NCBI GenBank assembly: GCA_033345195.1
Contig: JAWPOE010000004.1
Coordinates: 108,005-172,004 of the forward strand
Source: Alphaproteobacteria bacterium
GTDB lineage: Bacteria; Pseudomonadota; Alphaproteobacteria; Rs-D84
DNA: 64,000 bases
Direction: 5' to 3'
Part shown: positions 49,209-59,910 of the stretch, one piece after another
Layout of the letters: each line of letters opens with the position of its first letter
How positions within the stretch are numbered: position 1 is the first letter of the stretch
Notes under the pieces: generated by a model
Seen by the model: only the letters and a program-made list of their open reading frames with translations
The model's database searches: none
What the model was told of the DNA's origin: nothing
Made by a program: the position numbers and the translations under genes

Positions 49209-51791
49209 ATGGCAAAAAAACGCACTCTTTCACCAGAACAAGATTTGGCGGCAAATCCATTGGAAAACGTATGGGTTCAGGCCAATGCCGGCACTGGCAA
49301 AACCAGTGTTTTGGTTCAGCGTTTGTTGCGTATATTGTTCCGCAGTCCTGATTGTATGCGTACTGGAATCCTTTGTTTGACATATACAAATGCCGGTGCC
49401 GGTGAAATGCGCAATCGTATTTTGGCGTCGTTGCGTGAATGGGCGCTGGCGTCTGATGGCGAATTAATCGATATGCTGGACGGCATTGCGATAAACAAGC
49501 CTGCAACAATGGATGATGTTGCGCGTGCGCGCGCAATATTTTTTAAGTATATCGACGCCCCTGAAATATTAAAAATAAAAACCATCCATGGTTTTTGTGA
49601 AGAGATTTTGCATCGTTTCCCGTTAGAGGCAGGCTTGTCACCATCGTGGTCATTGGTATCCGATGCGGCACAGCGTGTATTGCTGCAAGACGCGTTTAAT
49701 AAACTTGTAAATTCGCCGTCTAACGACACGAATGTATTAAACGCCTTTATGCATATCGTAGGGCGGGTCTCAGAAACCTATATGACCGACCTGTTGGGTA
49801 TATTAAGTTCGCAATATAAACAATTCTTTCAAGTTAAAGACCTTGTTAAATATCGCGAATACTTTATTGATACGACTAAGAATTATTTAAACTTAACCGC
49901 CGCCCCAAAAGCCGATTTTGATGTCAAAAACCTGAAAAAAATCGTACAAAATGCAACAGAAGATCAAAATAGTGCGAAAAAGCCGGTAAAGTACCTAAAC
50001 GACATTATTAACTTAACAAATCAATATATTGATACGACAATTGATTTTGAAAAATATAAAACAGCATATCTGACGGCCGAAGGCAACATAAAATCCACCG
50101 TGTCCAAAAAGGATTATTTGCTGGGCGAAGCGCACCGTGTATATGAATTAAATCAATATAATGCAAATAAACTGCTGTTCGAAGATAGTGTTGCGTTGTT
50201 TGATTTGTCTGCAGCCTTTGCGTCCGAATATCAAAAAATAAAGCGCGCACGAAATCTGTTGGATTTCGAAGATATGATTTTATATACACGCAAATTGTTT
50301 TCGGACGCGTCGACCATGGGTTGGGTGCTATCGCAATTGGATTTGTCGTTGTCTCATATTCTGGTAGACGAAGCGCAAGACACATCACCGCTGCAATGGG
50401 ATATTCTGCGAATGCTGGCGGGCGATTTCTTTGCAGACGGCAATGTTGCTGATGATGTCCATTCGTTGTTTGTCGTAGGCGATACAAAGCAATCCATTTA
50501 CGGCTTCCAGGGTGCTGATCCGCGTGCTTTTTCGGTCAGTCGCGACGCAATCCGCGAACAAATCGCGCACAATATGCGCACAATACGCGAAGTGCCATTG
50601 GCACAAAGCTTTCGTTCGTCTGCGCCGATACTATATGCGGTCGATAAATTCTTTGCTGATTCAACGGTTATAGATTTATCTGATTTTGCAAATAACCCAC
50701 ATAAGTGCTTTCGCACAAACGCGCCCGGCGTTGTGGAATTGCATAAACTAACTGCAAAGCAAGAAAGTGATACAGATGTTCGACAATACATAAAAAACAT
50801 CGCAAACAAAATTCATTCTATAATTTTAAGCGGTAAATATGCCGCGCGCGACATAATGGTGTTGGTTCAAAATCGCAATCCGATGGCGTCACCATTGGTC
50901 GCGGAATTAAAGAAATTGGGTGTCGATGTCGCCGGCAGCGATCGTATCGTTTTGCCAAACTTTCCTGCAATTCGTGATATGTTAAACCTGGTTCGCTGGT
51001 GTATAAACAGGGACGATGATTACAGTTTGTGTTGCGTGTTAAAAAGTCCGTTTTTTCGTATGAAAGAACACGATATTTTTAATTTATGCAAGATAAAAAA
51101 CAGTGATAAAAAGACCGTGTTTTCAATTCTGGCAGATACAAATCCAGATGTATACGAACGCCTAAATCAAATATATGAATGGTCAAAAAAATTGGCACCA
51201 TATTCTTTCTTTACAAGCATATTGAATTCAGAAAATACGCGTGCAAAATTTATATCTGCATTGGGTAATCAGATAATCGACCCATTGGAAGAATTCTTAA
51301 CAATATGCCTGTCGTATGAACGCACCCAGCCTGGAACATTATATCAATTTTTAAAGTGGTTCATCACGGGTGGCAGTGAAATAAAACGTGACATGGATGC
51401 GTCTAATGGCGTTCGCGTTGTAACCGTGCACGGCAGCAAGGGGTTAGAGGCACCTGTTGTCTTCCTAATCGATACTGTACGAACGCCAAAGACGGAAAAT
51501 ATATTGCCGATAAAATCAGAAACCACAATGCCTGTATGGTTGTGGGCGCCACGCAGTGACAGCAGTGTTTCGCGTGCCACGGCAACAGACGAATTGATGA
51601 AAATGCGTACATCTGAATACTATCGATTGCTATATGTCGCAATGACACGCGCCCGCGACGAATTATACATATACGGATTTACACCACGCAAAAATGCCGC
51701 TGTTGAGTCCTGGCACAGCCAGTTGTGGCGCGTATTTGCCGGCGAAACAGATGCAGAATACATCAGGATAACAAATGACGATATTAAATAA
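49209..51791 (+). CDS. addA: AddA/UvrD-family helicase, helicase portion of a frameshifted addA
   Basis: motif I ANAGTGKTS, UvrD motif VI VTVHGSKGLEAPVVFL; ends by stop at 51791 overlapping the next ORF in the +1 frame. Confidence 0.8.
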   Translation: MAKKRTLSPEQDLAANPLENVWVQANAGTGKTSVLVQRLLRILFRSPDCMRTGILCLTYTNAGAGEMRNRILASLREWALASDGELIDMLDGIAINKPATMDDVARARAIFFKYIDAPEILKIKTIHGFCEEILHRFPLEAGLSPSWSLVSDAAQRVLLQDAFNKLVNSPSNDTNVLNAFMHIVGRVSETYMTDLLGILSSQYKQFFQVKDLVKYREYFIDTTKNYLNLTAAPKADFDVKNLKKIVQNATEDQNSAKKPVKYLNDIINLTNQYIDTTIDFEKYKTAYLTAEGNIKSTVSKKDYLLGEAHRVYELNQYNANKLLFEDSVALFDLSAAFASEYQKIKRARNLLDFEDMILYTRKLFSDASTMGWVLSQLDLSLSHILVDEAQDTSPLQWDILRMLAGDFFADGNVADDVHSLFVVGDTKQSIYGFQGADPRAFSVSRDAIREQIAHNMRTIREVPLAQSFRSSAPILYAVDKFFADSTVIDLSDFANNPHKCFRTNAPGVVELHKLTAKQESDTDVRQYIKNIANKIHSIILSGKYAARDIMVLVQNRNPMASPLVAELKKLGVDVAGSDRIVLPNFPAIRDMLNLVRWCINRDDDYSLCCVLKSPFFRMKEHDIFNLCKIKNSDKKTVFSILADTNPDVYERLNQIYEWSKKLAPYSFFTSILNSENTRAKFISALGNQIIDPLEEFLTICLSYERTQPGTLYQFLKWFITGGSEIKRDMDASNGVRVVTVHGSKGLEAPVVFLIDTVRTPKTENILPIKSETTMPVWLWAPRSDSSVSRATATDELMKMRTSEYYRLLYVAMTRARDELYIYGFTPRKNAAVESWHSQLWRVFAGETDAEYIRITNDDIK

Positions 51792-52221
51792 GGTTTTATC
51801 TGAACGCAATCGCGTTGCACATGCAACAAACACAGGAACAAAAACGCACCGTTTGTTGCAACGTGTCGTTATAACTGATGACGCCTGTATCGGCGATGAT
51901 GATTTGGTAAAAAAAATCAAAAGCATACCCGAATTATGCAAATTCTTTGCACCAAATTCTAAGACAGAGGTTCCGGTCGCCGGCACACTGTCCGGTCGTT
52001 TTATCAGCCGACGTATTGATCGCCTGATTATAGACACAGAAAAACAAACTATTTTGATTTTGGATTATAAAACAGACGTCGACAAACAGTGTTTTTATAG
52101 CAAGTACCTGGGGCAAATGCGTGAATATGTTGCGTTGATGCGCGTATTGTATCCGACGTATATTATTCAATCGTATATCCTGTGGACGCATGATTTTTTG
52201 CTGGAAAAATTACCCGTATAG
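51775..52221 (+). CDS. addA: PD-(D/E)XK nuclease domain, C-terminal portion of the frameshifted addA
   Basis: GRFISRRIDRLIID...ILILDYKTD matches the AddA/RecB-family nuclease motif; 17-nt overlap and +1 frame relative to the helicase ORF. Confidence 0.7.
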   Translation: MTILNKVLSERNRVAHATNTGTKTHRLLQRVVITDDACIGDDDLVKKIKSIPELCKFFAPNSKTEVPVAGTLSGRFISRRIDRLIIDTEKQTILILDYKTDVDKQCFYSKYLGQMREYVALMRVLYPTYIIQSYILWTHDFLLEKLPV

Positions 52222-52236
52222 GCCCATAATAACAGC

Positions 52237-53892
52237 ATGTTAGTTGGATTAAACATTTCGAATATTGTATTGATTGAAAAGCTGAACCTGGAATTCGGTT
52301 GTGGCTTAAATGTCTTGACCGGCGAAACCGGTGCAGGTAAAAGTATTTTATTAGACGCACTGTCGTTGGCATTGGGGGCGCGTTCTGATGTTGGATTGGT
52401 GCGTCATGGCTGCGATACGGCATCTGTTGTTGCAGAATTCGATTCTGTGCCGTCATCGGTCGCAACAATTTTGTCTGAATTTGATATTGATTGTGACGAT
52501 GGTTTAATACTGCGTCGCACACTGTCAATTGACGGGAAAAGCAAGGCGTGGGTAAACGATACGCCCGTATCTATCAAGACGCTAAAATCAATTGGTGACG
52601 CATTGGTTGAAATACATGGTCAATTTGCGAACCATGCGCTGTTAAACCAGGCCACGCACCGACCAACACTGGACGCGTTTGCACAAAATAACATCCCAAC
52701 ATTTAAAAACTTATTGCACGCAACCAAGGAATGTTATGATAAATTGCATGCGGCTGAAAAACGTTTGGCCCAATTGCAAGACATGTTAGAACGCAGTGCG
52801 TCTGAACGTGAATTTTTAGAGCACAACGTTGCAGAATTGCAAAAATTAAATCCACAACCAGGCGAAGAAGAAGAACTATCCACTCGACGCGCAAACATGA
52901 TGAATGCAGAAAAAAATTCTGCCATTTTAAAAGAGGCCCTAGATGCGCTATCGCCACGTGGCAATTCATTGGATTCGCAATTGTTTGCGGTTGCGCATAT
53001 TTTACAACGTATCAAGGGCGACGCGAATCCATACAGCGAACAAATCGACAAATTATATGATATCGCAGAATCTGTTGCACAAATCGCGCAGTCACTGGAA
53101 CCAGAAGATTCTGATACTGCAAACATGGACGAAATCGAAGAACGTCTGTTCGCAATCCGTGCCGCGGCGCGCAAACATCGCGTGTCGGCCGATGAACTGG
53201 CCCAGAAATTGGCTGAGATGACCGAACAACTAAATGCAATTGATAATTCTGATGCAGAACTGAAAAAATTAACAGATGACGTAAAACATCATCACACAGA
53301 GTTTGATGTTGCATCCAAGGCGTTGTCCGACGCACGTCGCGTGGCGTCAGAGATGTTGCGTACGCAATTACTGTCAGAACTGCCTGATTTAAAGTTAGGC
53401 TCTGCCGATTTTATGGTTGAATGCAAATCGTGCAACGCCACATATTCTGGCACAGACGACATCACATTTATGATAAAGACGAATCCCGGTTCGCCATTCG
53501 CGCCATTACATAAATCTGCGTCTGGTGGCGAATTGGCGCGATTAATGCTGGCAATGCGCGTCGTATTGTCTGGTGGCGAAGATGCCATAACCTTTATTTT
53601 TGATGAGGTTGACACCGGTATCAGTGGCGCAACAGCATCGGCCGTTGGCGCACGCCTAAATCGACTGGCAAGCGCGGGGCAGGCACTGGTCATAACCCAT
53701 TCTGCCCAGGTTGCAGGCTATGCCAATCGGCACTTTAAAATTGCAAAATCGGTCACAAACGACAAGACAATAACGTCTGTCCGTGAAATATTGTCCGACG
53801 AACGCGTAAATGAAATTGCCCGCATAATCAGTGGTGCCGAAATTACCCCAGAATCCATCACGATGGCAAAAACGCTTATAAAGGGAGAATGA
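52237..53892 (+). CDS. recN: DNA repair protein RecN
   Basis: N-terminal Walker A GETGAGKSILLDAL, coiled-coil middle, C-terminal signature/Walker B region; 551 aa. Confidence 0.95.
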   Translation: MLVGLNISNIVLIEKLNLEFGCGLNVLTGETGAGKSILLDALSLALGARSDVGLVRHGCDTASVVAEFDSVPSSVATILSEFDIDCDDGLILRRTLSIDGKSKAWVNDTPVSIKTLKSIGDALVEIHGQFANHALLNQATHRPTLDAFAQNNIPTFKNLLHATKECYDKLHAAEKRLAQLQDMLERSASEREFLEHNVAELQKLNPQPGEEEELSTRRANMMNAEKNSAILKEALDALSPRGNSLDSQLFAVAHILQRIKGDANPYSEQIDKLYDIAESVAQIAQSLEPEDSDTANMDEIEERLFAIRAAARKHRVSADELAQKLAEMTEQLNAIDNSDAELKKLTDDVKHHHTEFDVASKALSDARRVASEMLRTQLLSELPDLKLGSADFMVECKSCNATYSGTDDITFMIKTNPGSPFAPLHKSASGGELARLMLAMRVVLSGGEDAITFIFDEVDTGISGATASAVGARLNRLASAGQALVITHSAQVAGYANRHFKIAKSVTNDKTITSVREILSDERVNEIARIISGAEITPESITMAKTLIKGE

Positions 53893-53893
53893 A

Positions 53894-54298
53894 ATGGAAA
53901 AATATTATGTTTTGAATGTAGATAATCATGGTTTTTATTCCCAATCTGTAACATTAAAAAACAAAGCAGGCAGACTTAAACAGATTACGGTCTCGCATTC
54001 TTTCCCAAACATCCCTGTTGGAACGATGTTCAAATGTTATTATGAATCCGCAGACGCGAAGCCCTTCTCTCTGGCTATGGCGTATTCATACAAAATTAAT
54101 GGACGACGTTTTGTTGAGTTACCACGCCGACCACTAACAATGTCGGTAGTTTGCAAATTTTGGAACGAACTGGGGTTCTTTGATAGCGTCCGTCTGCATC
54201 GCGATATTAAGCAAGTGTTGCGTCAACGCAAACTTAGGCCGTCGCTTAGCAAAGCCACAAATTTATATATGCTCTTGCATGGGCCAGTGGTGCGATAA
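53894..54298 (+). CDS. hypothetical protein, coupled to recN
   Basis: ATG 1 nt after the recN stop; 134 aa; no known domain. Confidence 0.5.
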   Translation: MEKYYVLNVDNHGFYSQSVTLKNKAGRLKQITVSHSFPNIPVGTMFKCYYESADAKPFSLAMAYSYKINGRRFVELPRRPLTMSVVCKFWNELGFFDSVRLHRDIKQVLRQRKLRPSLSKATNLYMLLHGPVVR

Positions 54299-54304
54299 AG
54301 AAAT

Positions 54305-54340
54305 AATAAAGAATCCCGCACATGCGGGATTTTATATTTT
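54305..54340. terminator. bidirectional terminator
   Basis: aaagaatcccgcacatgcgggattttatattttc between convergent genes. Confidence 0.55.
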
Positions 54341-55564
54341 CATAACGCCATCTGCAAATTCGATTGTTTTTGGGGTGCCGGCATCGGCGCGGCTTATAAT
54401 TTTCCCGTCTGCGTCGCGTACAATGGCATATCCGCGCGACAAAACGCTTTTATACGACAGCGATTGCAACATTTGTCCCAGATGATTCACCGCCTGATTT
54501 AATGAAGCCATGCGATTGTGCAAAATATTTGGAAATGTGGCCAGGGCGTCAATACGTTGATGCAAACTGTTCATCTTTGCACTGATGATTATATTCATTG
54601 TACGTTCTGCGTCGTCCAGACGTTGTTGTTGTTCCATTAATACTTGTTTTGGACTTTTGATATTAATCGATTCAATGCGCTGTTTTGCATTCATCAGGCG
54701 CGTTGTAAAGTTGCCTGACAGACGCATCCACATATTATCTAATTCTTGAAACAATGCGAGCTTTGTTGGCACAACAGCCTCTGCCGCGCCGGTTGGTGTT
54801 GGCGCGCGATGGTCGGCGGCAAAATCCACCAACATCCAGTCAGGCTCGTGTCCGACACCGGTTATAACTGGGATGTGACTGTTTGCAACGGCGCGCACAA
54901 CAATCTCTTCTGAAAACGGCAACAGGTCTTCCAGGGATCCGCCCCCACGTGCGACGATAATAACATCAACATTGTTCATACGATTAAAGTATTCAACACC
55001 GTTTGCAACCTCAACCGCGGCGGTGGCACCTTGTACGGTTGCTGGATACAATAATACACGCACCGGGAACCTTTCACGCAGTCGATTTTGAATGTCTTGA
55101 AATGCGGCACCGGTTGGACTGGTAACAACACCGATTATTTGTGGCAACCGGGGCAGGGGCTTCTTTCGTGATGCGTCAAACAGTCCTTCGCGCGCCAGTT
55201 TTTGCTTTCGCTCTTCCAGCATTTTTAGGATTGCGCCTGCGCCCGCCATTTCAATTTCACTGGCGATTATTTGATAATTGCTGCGTGCGGGATATGTTGT
55301 AAAACGACCGGTTATAATAACTTCCAGTCCGTCTTCCAGCTTAAACGGTACAGGGGTCCCGCGCCAAATAATAACGGAAATTGCCGCCCCAGAATCCTTT
55401 ATAGTCATATACATATGCCCCGATGTTGCGCGTGTGATTTGTGACAATTCACCACGGATTTTTATACGCGGGAATGCCGTTTCAACAACATTTTTTAACA
55501 GTGCAGACGCATCAGAAACACTGAATATCATGTCTGGCTTTACAAAAGGTTCTGGTTTTTGCAT
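54332..55564 (-). CDS. xseA: exodeoxyribonuclease VII large subunit
   Basis: OB-fold N-terminus IKIRGELSQITRATSGHMYMTIKD and catalytic core typical of XseA; 410 aa. Confidence 0.9.
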   Translation of the reverse strand: MQKPEPFVKPDMIFSVSDASALLKNVVETAFPRIKIRGELSQITRATSGHMYMTIKDSGAAISVIIWRGTPVPFKLEDGLEVIITGRFTTYPARSNYQIIASEIEMAGAGAILKMLEERKQKLAREGLFDASRKKPLPRLPQIIGVVTSPTGAAFQDIQNRLRERFPVRVLLYPATVQGATAAVEVANGVEYFNRMNNVDVIIVARGGGSLEDLLPFSEEIVVRAVANSHIPVITGVGHEPDWMLVDFAADHRAPTPTGAAEAVVPTKLALFQELDNMWMRLSGNFTTRLMNAKQRIESINIKSPKQVLMEQQQRLDDAERTMNIIISAKMNSLHQRIDALATFPNILHNRMASLNQAVNHLGQMLQSLSYKSVLSRGYAIVRDADGKIISRADAGTPKTIEFADGVMKI

Positions 55565-55610
55565 GTTTTTTATGATAAGATTTAATTGTTGTTATTGATG
55601 GAGTCATATT

Positions 55611-56564
55611 ATGAGTAATCTGGATAAATTGCAACAACTAAATACCAACATACCACGCGAAACATTGGTTGTCGCGACGGATGGATTGGTTATAAAGCGT
55701 CCTGTAATTAAATCAGGTGGGATACCGCGCAAATCATGGGTAGCAAAGCAATATCATGCCCAAAAGGTACAAGATTCATTGCAGGCTAAATCTGGTAAAT
55801 ATTATTTTGTTCCTAAAATGTTAGAGATTTCAGACGCCCAGATGTTTGCAATTGAACAACGTGTTTCTGGCGTCCCTGTCACAGATACATATTTTGAAAC
55901 CCTGGGCGAAGGTGACAGGGCAATAATATATTTGGGATTGGCGCATTTTTTAAATGATATTAATCAATCAAGGCCGGTATTAACACAACGTGACATATTC
56001 GATACCCCAGAACACCCAGGAGACATTGCTTTTGCACGAATTGTAAAACATTTACGCAAAGATTTAACCAGCAAGGAAATTGACATATTAAACAAATCCA
56101 AGGAATGGTTTGATACAAATTCTGCCAACGACGCCAGCATTGTGTTTTGTCAGGGTGACATGAATCAACATAACATATTCTATGACCAAGCGACCAAAAC
56201 AGTATCGTTTATTGATTTTGCAGATGCGCGATATGAAAATGCGCGGGATATGTTTCATCGCGATATTGCGCGTCTAACATGGCTTGATATCGATAAATTG
56301 GTTCAAATATATAAGGGGTTAGAACGCGCGCAACCTGTTATAACGGAATCAGACCCAACTGTTTCACGCATGCGAAACGCTTTGCAAAATATAAAATGGA
56401 CAGGCTCAGAAGTTATTAATGCCACACCAAAGTTATATAAAGCGCGCCTGGCCATTTTAAAAGATGAAATTGCAAAACTTGGTAAATTGCTTATGTCTAT
56501 AAAGACAAAGAATACTTTTGAGCACGCGTTAAACACACTGAACGATAATAAAAAGCAAAAATAG
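55611..56564 (+). CDS. APH/kinase-fold protein, paralog 3
   Basis: FCQGDMNQHNIFY...FIDFAD catalytic and metal-binding loops as in the paralogs at 28989-30601. Confidence 0.7.
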   Translation: MSNLDKLQQLNTNIPRETLVVATDGLVIKRPVIKSGGIPRKSWVAKQYHAQKVQDSLQAKSGKYYFVPKMLEISDAQMFAIEQRVSGVPVTDTYFETLGEGDRAIIYLGLAHFLNDINQSRPVLTQRDIFDTPEHPGDIAFARIVKHLRKDLTSKEIDILNKSKEWFDTNSANDASIVFCQGDMNQHNIFYDQATKTVSFIDFADARYENARDMFHRDIARLTWLDIDKLVQIYKGLERAQPVITESDPTVSRMRNALQNIKWTGSEVINATPKLYKARLAILKDEIAKLGKLLMSIKTKNTFEHALNTLNDNKKQK

Positions 56565-56567
56565 CTT

Positions 56568-57689
56568 TTACAGTTCGGTTAGTGGCCAACGTGGACGTGG
56601 CGCAATCGGTTCTGTAACAATATTGCCAATACGATAGTTTTCGATTCCGGCCCATGCAATCATTGCGCCGTTATCGGTACACAAATTCATTGGTGGTGCT
56701 GCAAATATCATTTTATTTTTATTGGCGAACGTCTCCATCGCTGCACGAATTGCACTGTTCTTGGCGACACCACCGGCCACGACCAATGTTTTTGGATTGT
56801 ATTCACGAACACGCGAATCTTTTAACGCATTGTCCAATCGATTAATTATACAATCAACAACCGATGCCTGAAAAGACGCGCAAAAATCGTTTATATACTC
56901 ATCTGATAATGGCAAAACTGCACGCGACAAGAATGTACGCGCTGCGGTCTTTATACCGCTAAATGAAAAATCGCAACCTGGTTTATCGCATAACGGACGT
57001 GGAAATGCAAATGCACGCGGGTCGCCAGACTGTGCGCGCTTGTCCACGATTGGTCCGCCTGGATATCCCAACCCCAGCATTTTTGCAACCTTGTCATATG
57101 CCTCGCCGGCACTATCGTCCAGTGTTTGACCAATCATTTCATATTGCCCAACGCCACGTACCAACAGTATTTGACAATGCCCCCCAGACGCCAGCATTAA
57201 CAAATATGGAAATTCAATATTTGCATCACCATTTGACCCATCTGCCATTGTTGCGCACAAACGTGGCACCAATGCGTGACCTTCCAAATGATTTACCGCA
57301 ATTAATGGCTTTGATGTTGATTGTGCAATACCGGTGGCCGCCATCCAACCAACTAAAACGCCACCAATCAGCCCAGGCCCCGCAGTCGCCGCAATAATAT
57401 CAACGTCATCAATTGTTTTTTTCGCTTTTTCAAGCGTCTGCTTAACAACGTCTTCGATTGCCAAAATATGCGCGCGCGCTGCCAGTTCCGGCACCACGCC
57501 ACCATACTTTTGATGTTCTGGAATTTGCGAATAGATAATATGTGACAGAATATTTCTGTCAGAATCAACCAGTGCAGCGCTGGTTTCATCGCAAGACGAT
57601 TCGATACCCAAACATAACACAGATCGACTACTGTGTTGTTTGCTATCTAAACTGCCCATATCAACACGAATAATTTTTTCTTCGGACAT
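56568..57689 (-). CDS. tsaD: tRNA N6-adenosine threonylcarbamoyltransferase TsaD (Kae1/Gcp)
   Basis: LGIESSCDETSAAL N-terminal motif, metal-binding HxxxH region; start taken 5 nt after the stop of the upstream small gene (the track ORF is longer). Confidence 0.9.
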   Translation of the reverse strand: MSEEKIIRVDMGSLDSKQHSSRSVLCLGIESSCDETSAALVDSDRNILSHIIYSQIPEHQKYGGVVPELAARAHILAIEDVVKQTLEKAKKTIDDVDIIAATAGPGLIGGVLVGWMAATGIAQSTSKPLIAVNHLEGHALVPRLCATMADGSNGDANIEFPYLLMLASGGHCQILLVRGVGQYEMIGQTLDDSAGEAYDKVAKMLGLGYPGGPIVDKRAQSGDPRAFAFPRPLCDKPGCDFSFSGIKTAARTFLSRAVLPLSDEYINDFCASFQASVVDCIINRLDNALKDSRVREYNPKTLVVAGGVAKNSAIRAAMETFANKNKMIFAAPPMNLCTDNGAMIAWAGIENYRIGNIVTEPIAPRPRWPLTEL

Positions 57690-57694
57690 AATAT

Positions 57695-58000
57695 TTATAA
57701 GCTCTGTTTTAATTGGTTGCCAGTATAGCACAAAGATGCTGCATCACGTACCATCATTTCACCAGAATCTGGCAGGGTTGCCATTTTATCAACGCAGGCA
57801 ACCAATAATTCCACATCTTTATCTGCGCCTGTCATAATCTGAATTGCAGAAATCCGTCTGTCCATCGGTGCTGACAACCAGTCTTTTAATGTGCTTGTTT
57901 CCAGTGCCGAACTGCGTTGTGCGAAAAAGAACACAACGACCGCCAAAATCAATACCGCGATACCAACAAAAATTTTAAAATATTTTTTTATAAAGTTCAT
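57695..58000 (-). CDS. small membrane-anchored protein, hypothetical
   Basis: 101 aa with N-terminal TM helix IFVGIAVLILAVVVFFFA; 4-nt overlap with the upstream ORF. Confidence 0.5.
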   Translation of the reverse strand: MNFIKKYFKIFVGIAVLILAVVVFFFAQRSSALETSTLKDWLSAPMDRRISAIQIMTGADKDVELLVACVDKMATLPDSGEMMVRDAASLCYTGNQLKQSL

Positions 58001-58407
58001 TTTGCTCTCCCTTTCATTCTCTCCTTGAATAGCTTTCTTGTTATTTTTGAAAATCCCACTTGAATATCTTTTGCATTTGACAACAGCTGTTCTTCGGTTG
58101 TAAAGAAATTTGGGTTTTTGTAAAGGACAGGTTCATCGACATATATTTTTGTTGGCATATCTGTTAACCATAAACCGTTTTTCATCAAGTCACATTCGAT
58201 ATCATGTGCGACAACACGATAAATAGTTGTCCAAATAGTGTTGCCATCCAAATGATTGGCCTGTGATTTTTCTAAAATCTCTAATGCTTTACGCATTGTT
58301 GGACAAATCCACACAGGCAAAGAATTATCGTTTGTCCAAGGCGCACCACTGCGATGTTCAGCACGTTCATTCCCCAGCATATAACCTGTCATATTTCTAA
58401 ATTTCAT
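57997..58407 (-). CDS. hypothetical protein
   Basis: start set at MKFRNMTGY preceded by AAGGA RBS to avoid overlap with the upstream gene; no domain. Confidence 0.45.
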   Translation of the reverse strand: MKFRNMTGYMLGNERAEHRSGAPWTNDNSLPVWICPTMRKALEILEKSQANHLDGNTIWTTIYRVVAHDIECDLMKNGLWLTDMPTKIYVDEPVLYKNPNFFTTEEQLLSNAKDIQVGFSKITRKLFKERMKGRAK

Positions 58408-58420
58408 TGCGTGTCCTTTT

Positions 58421-58768
58421 TTATTCGCAACGCACCAACCATACGTCATAGTCAGCATGTTGTAATGGATTTTGTCCTGGTTCGTTGCGTGACATCCATC
58501 CGCCAAATATTTGCCCATTATCTTTTTCTGAAATTTCAATAAACATCCAATAATCTTCTGCCTGAAACGGATCTGTTTGTTTGCATGTACGAATATTCAT
58601 ATACAGTTTTTCAAACTGTACTTCCTGTCCAGCTGGAATTATAATTTCCTGAACCTTGCCTGCGGCCTTGTTCATCACACGTACGACGGCGTTCTCACGT
58701 TCAACATATGCATTTGCCAAACCTGGCAATACACCCAACGTCATCAAGACAAATAAAAACTTTTTCAT
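58421..58768 (-). CDS. secreted small protein, hypothetical
   Basis: MKKFLFVLMTLGVLPGLANA signal peptide; 115 aa mature-form ORF. Confidence 0.5.
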   Translation of the reverse strand: MKKFLFVLMTLGVLPGLANAYVERENAVVRVMNKAAGKVQEIIIPAGQEVQFEKLYMNIRTCKQTDPFQAEDYWMFIEISEKDNGQIFGGWMSRNEPGQNPLQHADYDVWLVRCE

Positions 58769-58804
58769 AACGGATATATTATCGTGTGTAATATACAATG
58801 TCAA

Positions 58805-58835
58805 AAAAAATCCGCCATTTGGCGGATTTATTATT
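58805..58835 (-). terminator. terminator downstream of rplS
   Basis: aaaaaaatccgccatttggcggatttattatttg. Confidence 0.55.
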
Positions 58836-59223
58836 TGTTTGCATTCTTTTCTGCTGATGTTGCAGCCAAGTCTTCGACGATACGCGCCTTTTTACCTGAC
58901 AGACCACGCAAGAAGAATAATTTAGCACGACGAACCTTACCGATACGAACCTTTTCAATCTTTTCGATTGCAGGGCTGTACAGTGGGAACTTACGTTCAA
59001 CACCAACACCGTATGATTCACGACGTACTGTGAAAGATGCATTATTCCCATTGCCACCATCGCGTGCGATAACAACACCTTCGAAAACCTGGATACGGAA
59101 TTTATCACCATCTTTAATTTTGACGTGAACCTTTAATGTATCCCCAGCTTTGAAATTTGGGATTTTTTTGTCGCCTTTCAGTTTTTCAACTTGTGCGGCT
59201 TCGATTTTTTTAATAATGCTCAT
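58831..59223 (-). CDS. rplS: 50S ribosomal protein L19
   Basis: high identity to L19 ([17 protein letters not shown]...EGVVIAR). Confidence 0.95.
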   Translation of the reverse strand: MSIIKKIEAAQVEKLKGDKKIPNFKAGDTLKVHVKIKDGDKFRIQVFEGVVIARDGGNGNNASFTVRRESYGVGVERKFPLYSPAIEKIEKVRIGKVRRAKLFFLRGLSGKKARIVEDLAATSAEKNANK

Positions 59224-59906
59224 TTTTCATTTTCCTTTATTAAGTCCGGTCGACGTTCTTTGGTTATGTCAACCGATTGTTGTTTCCGCCACCGTTCGAT
59301 ATTGCCGTGGTGACCGGACAGCAGGACTTCTGGGACGCTTCGTCCACGCCATACTGACGGGCGGGTATATAACGGCCATTCCAACCCCCCGATTTCGAAA
59401 CTTTCATTCTGGGTGGTGTCAATTCCACCGTGAACAACATTATCTAACAGACGAACGCAACTGTCAACAAAAACTTGCGCAGCAATTTCCCCGCCCGACA
59501 GTATATAATCGCCAATAGACAATTCCATTATATCATATTCTTCGATAATACGCTCATCAATTCCTTCGTATCGCCCGCACAATAATGTATATATTGCATC
59601 CTGATTAGCGGTGAATTCATGAACCATTTTTTGATTAAGCGTCGGCCCGCGCGGTGAAAAGTATATGATTTTACCTGGATTTTTAATCGAGTCCAACGCA
59701 TCGCCCAAGGCGTCTGGTCGCATAACCATGCCGGCGCCACCACCGAATTGCGTATCATCAACACTGCCATAGTTGTTGATTGCAAAGTCACGAATATTTA
59801 TCACATCACATGACCAGATTCCCTTATCCAGCGCGCGTCCAACCACACCGCCCGACAGCGTCCCTGGGAACATTTCTGGAAAAATAGTCAATATATTAAA
59901 GTGCAT
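59220..59906 (-). CDS. trmD: tRNA (guanine37-N1)-methyltransferase
   Basis: [13 protein letters not shown]... SPOUT knot motifs; 4-nt overlap with rplS. Confidence 0.95.
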   Translation of the reverse strand: MHFNILTIFPEMFPGTLSGGVVGRALDKGIWSCDVINIRDFAINNYGSVDDTQFGGGAGMVMRPDALGDALDSIKNPGKIIYFSPRGPTLNQKMVHEFTANQDAIYTLLCGRYEGIDERIIEEYDIMELSIGDYILSGGEIAAQVFVDSCVRLLDNVVHGGIDTTQNESFEIGGLEWPLYTRPSVWRGRSVPEVLLSGHHGNIERWRKQQSVDITKERRPDLIKENEK

Positions 59907-59910
59907 TTAT

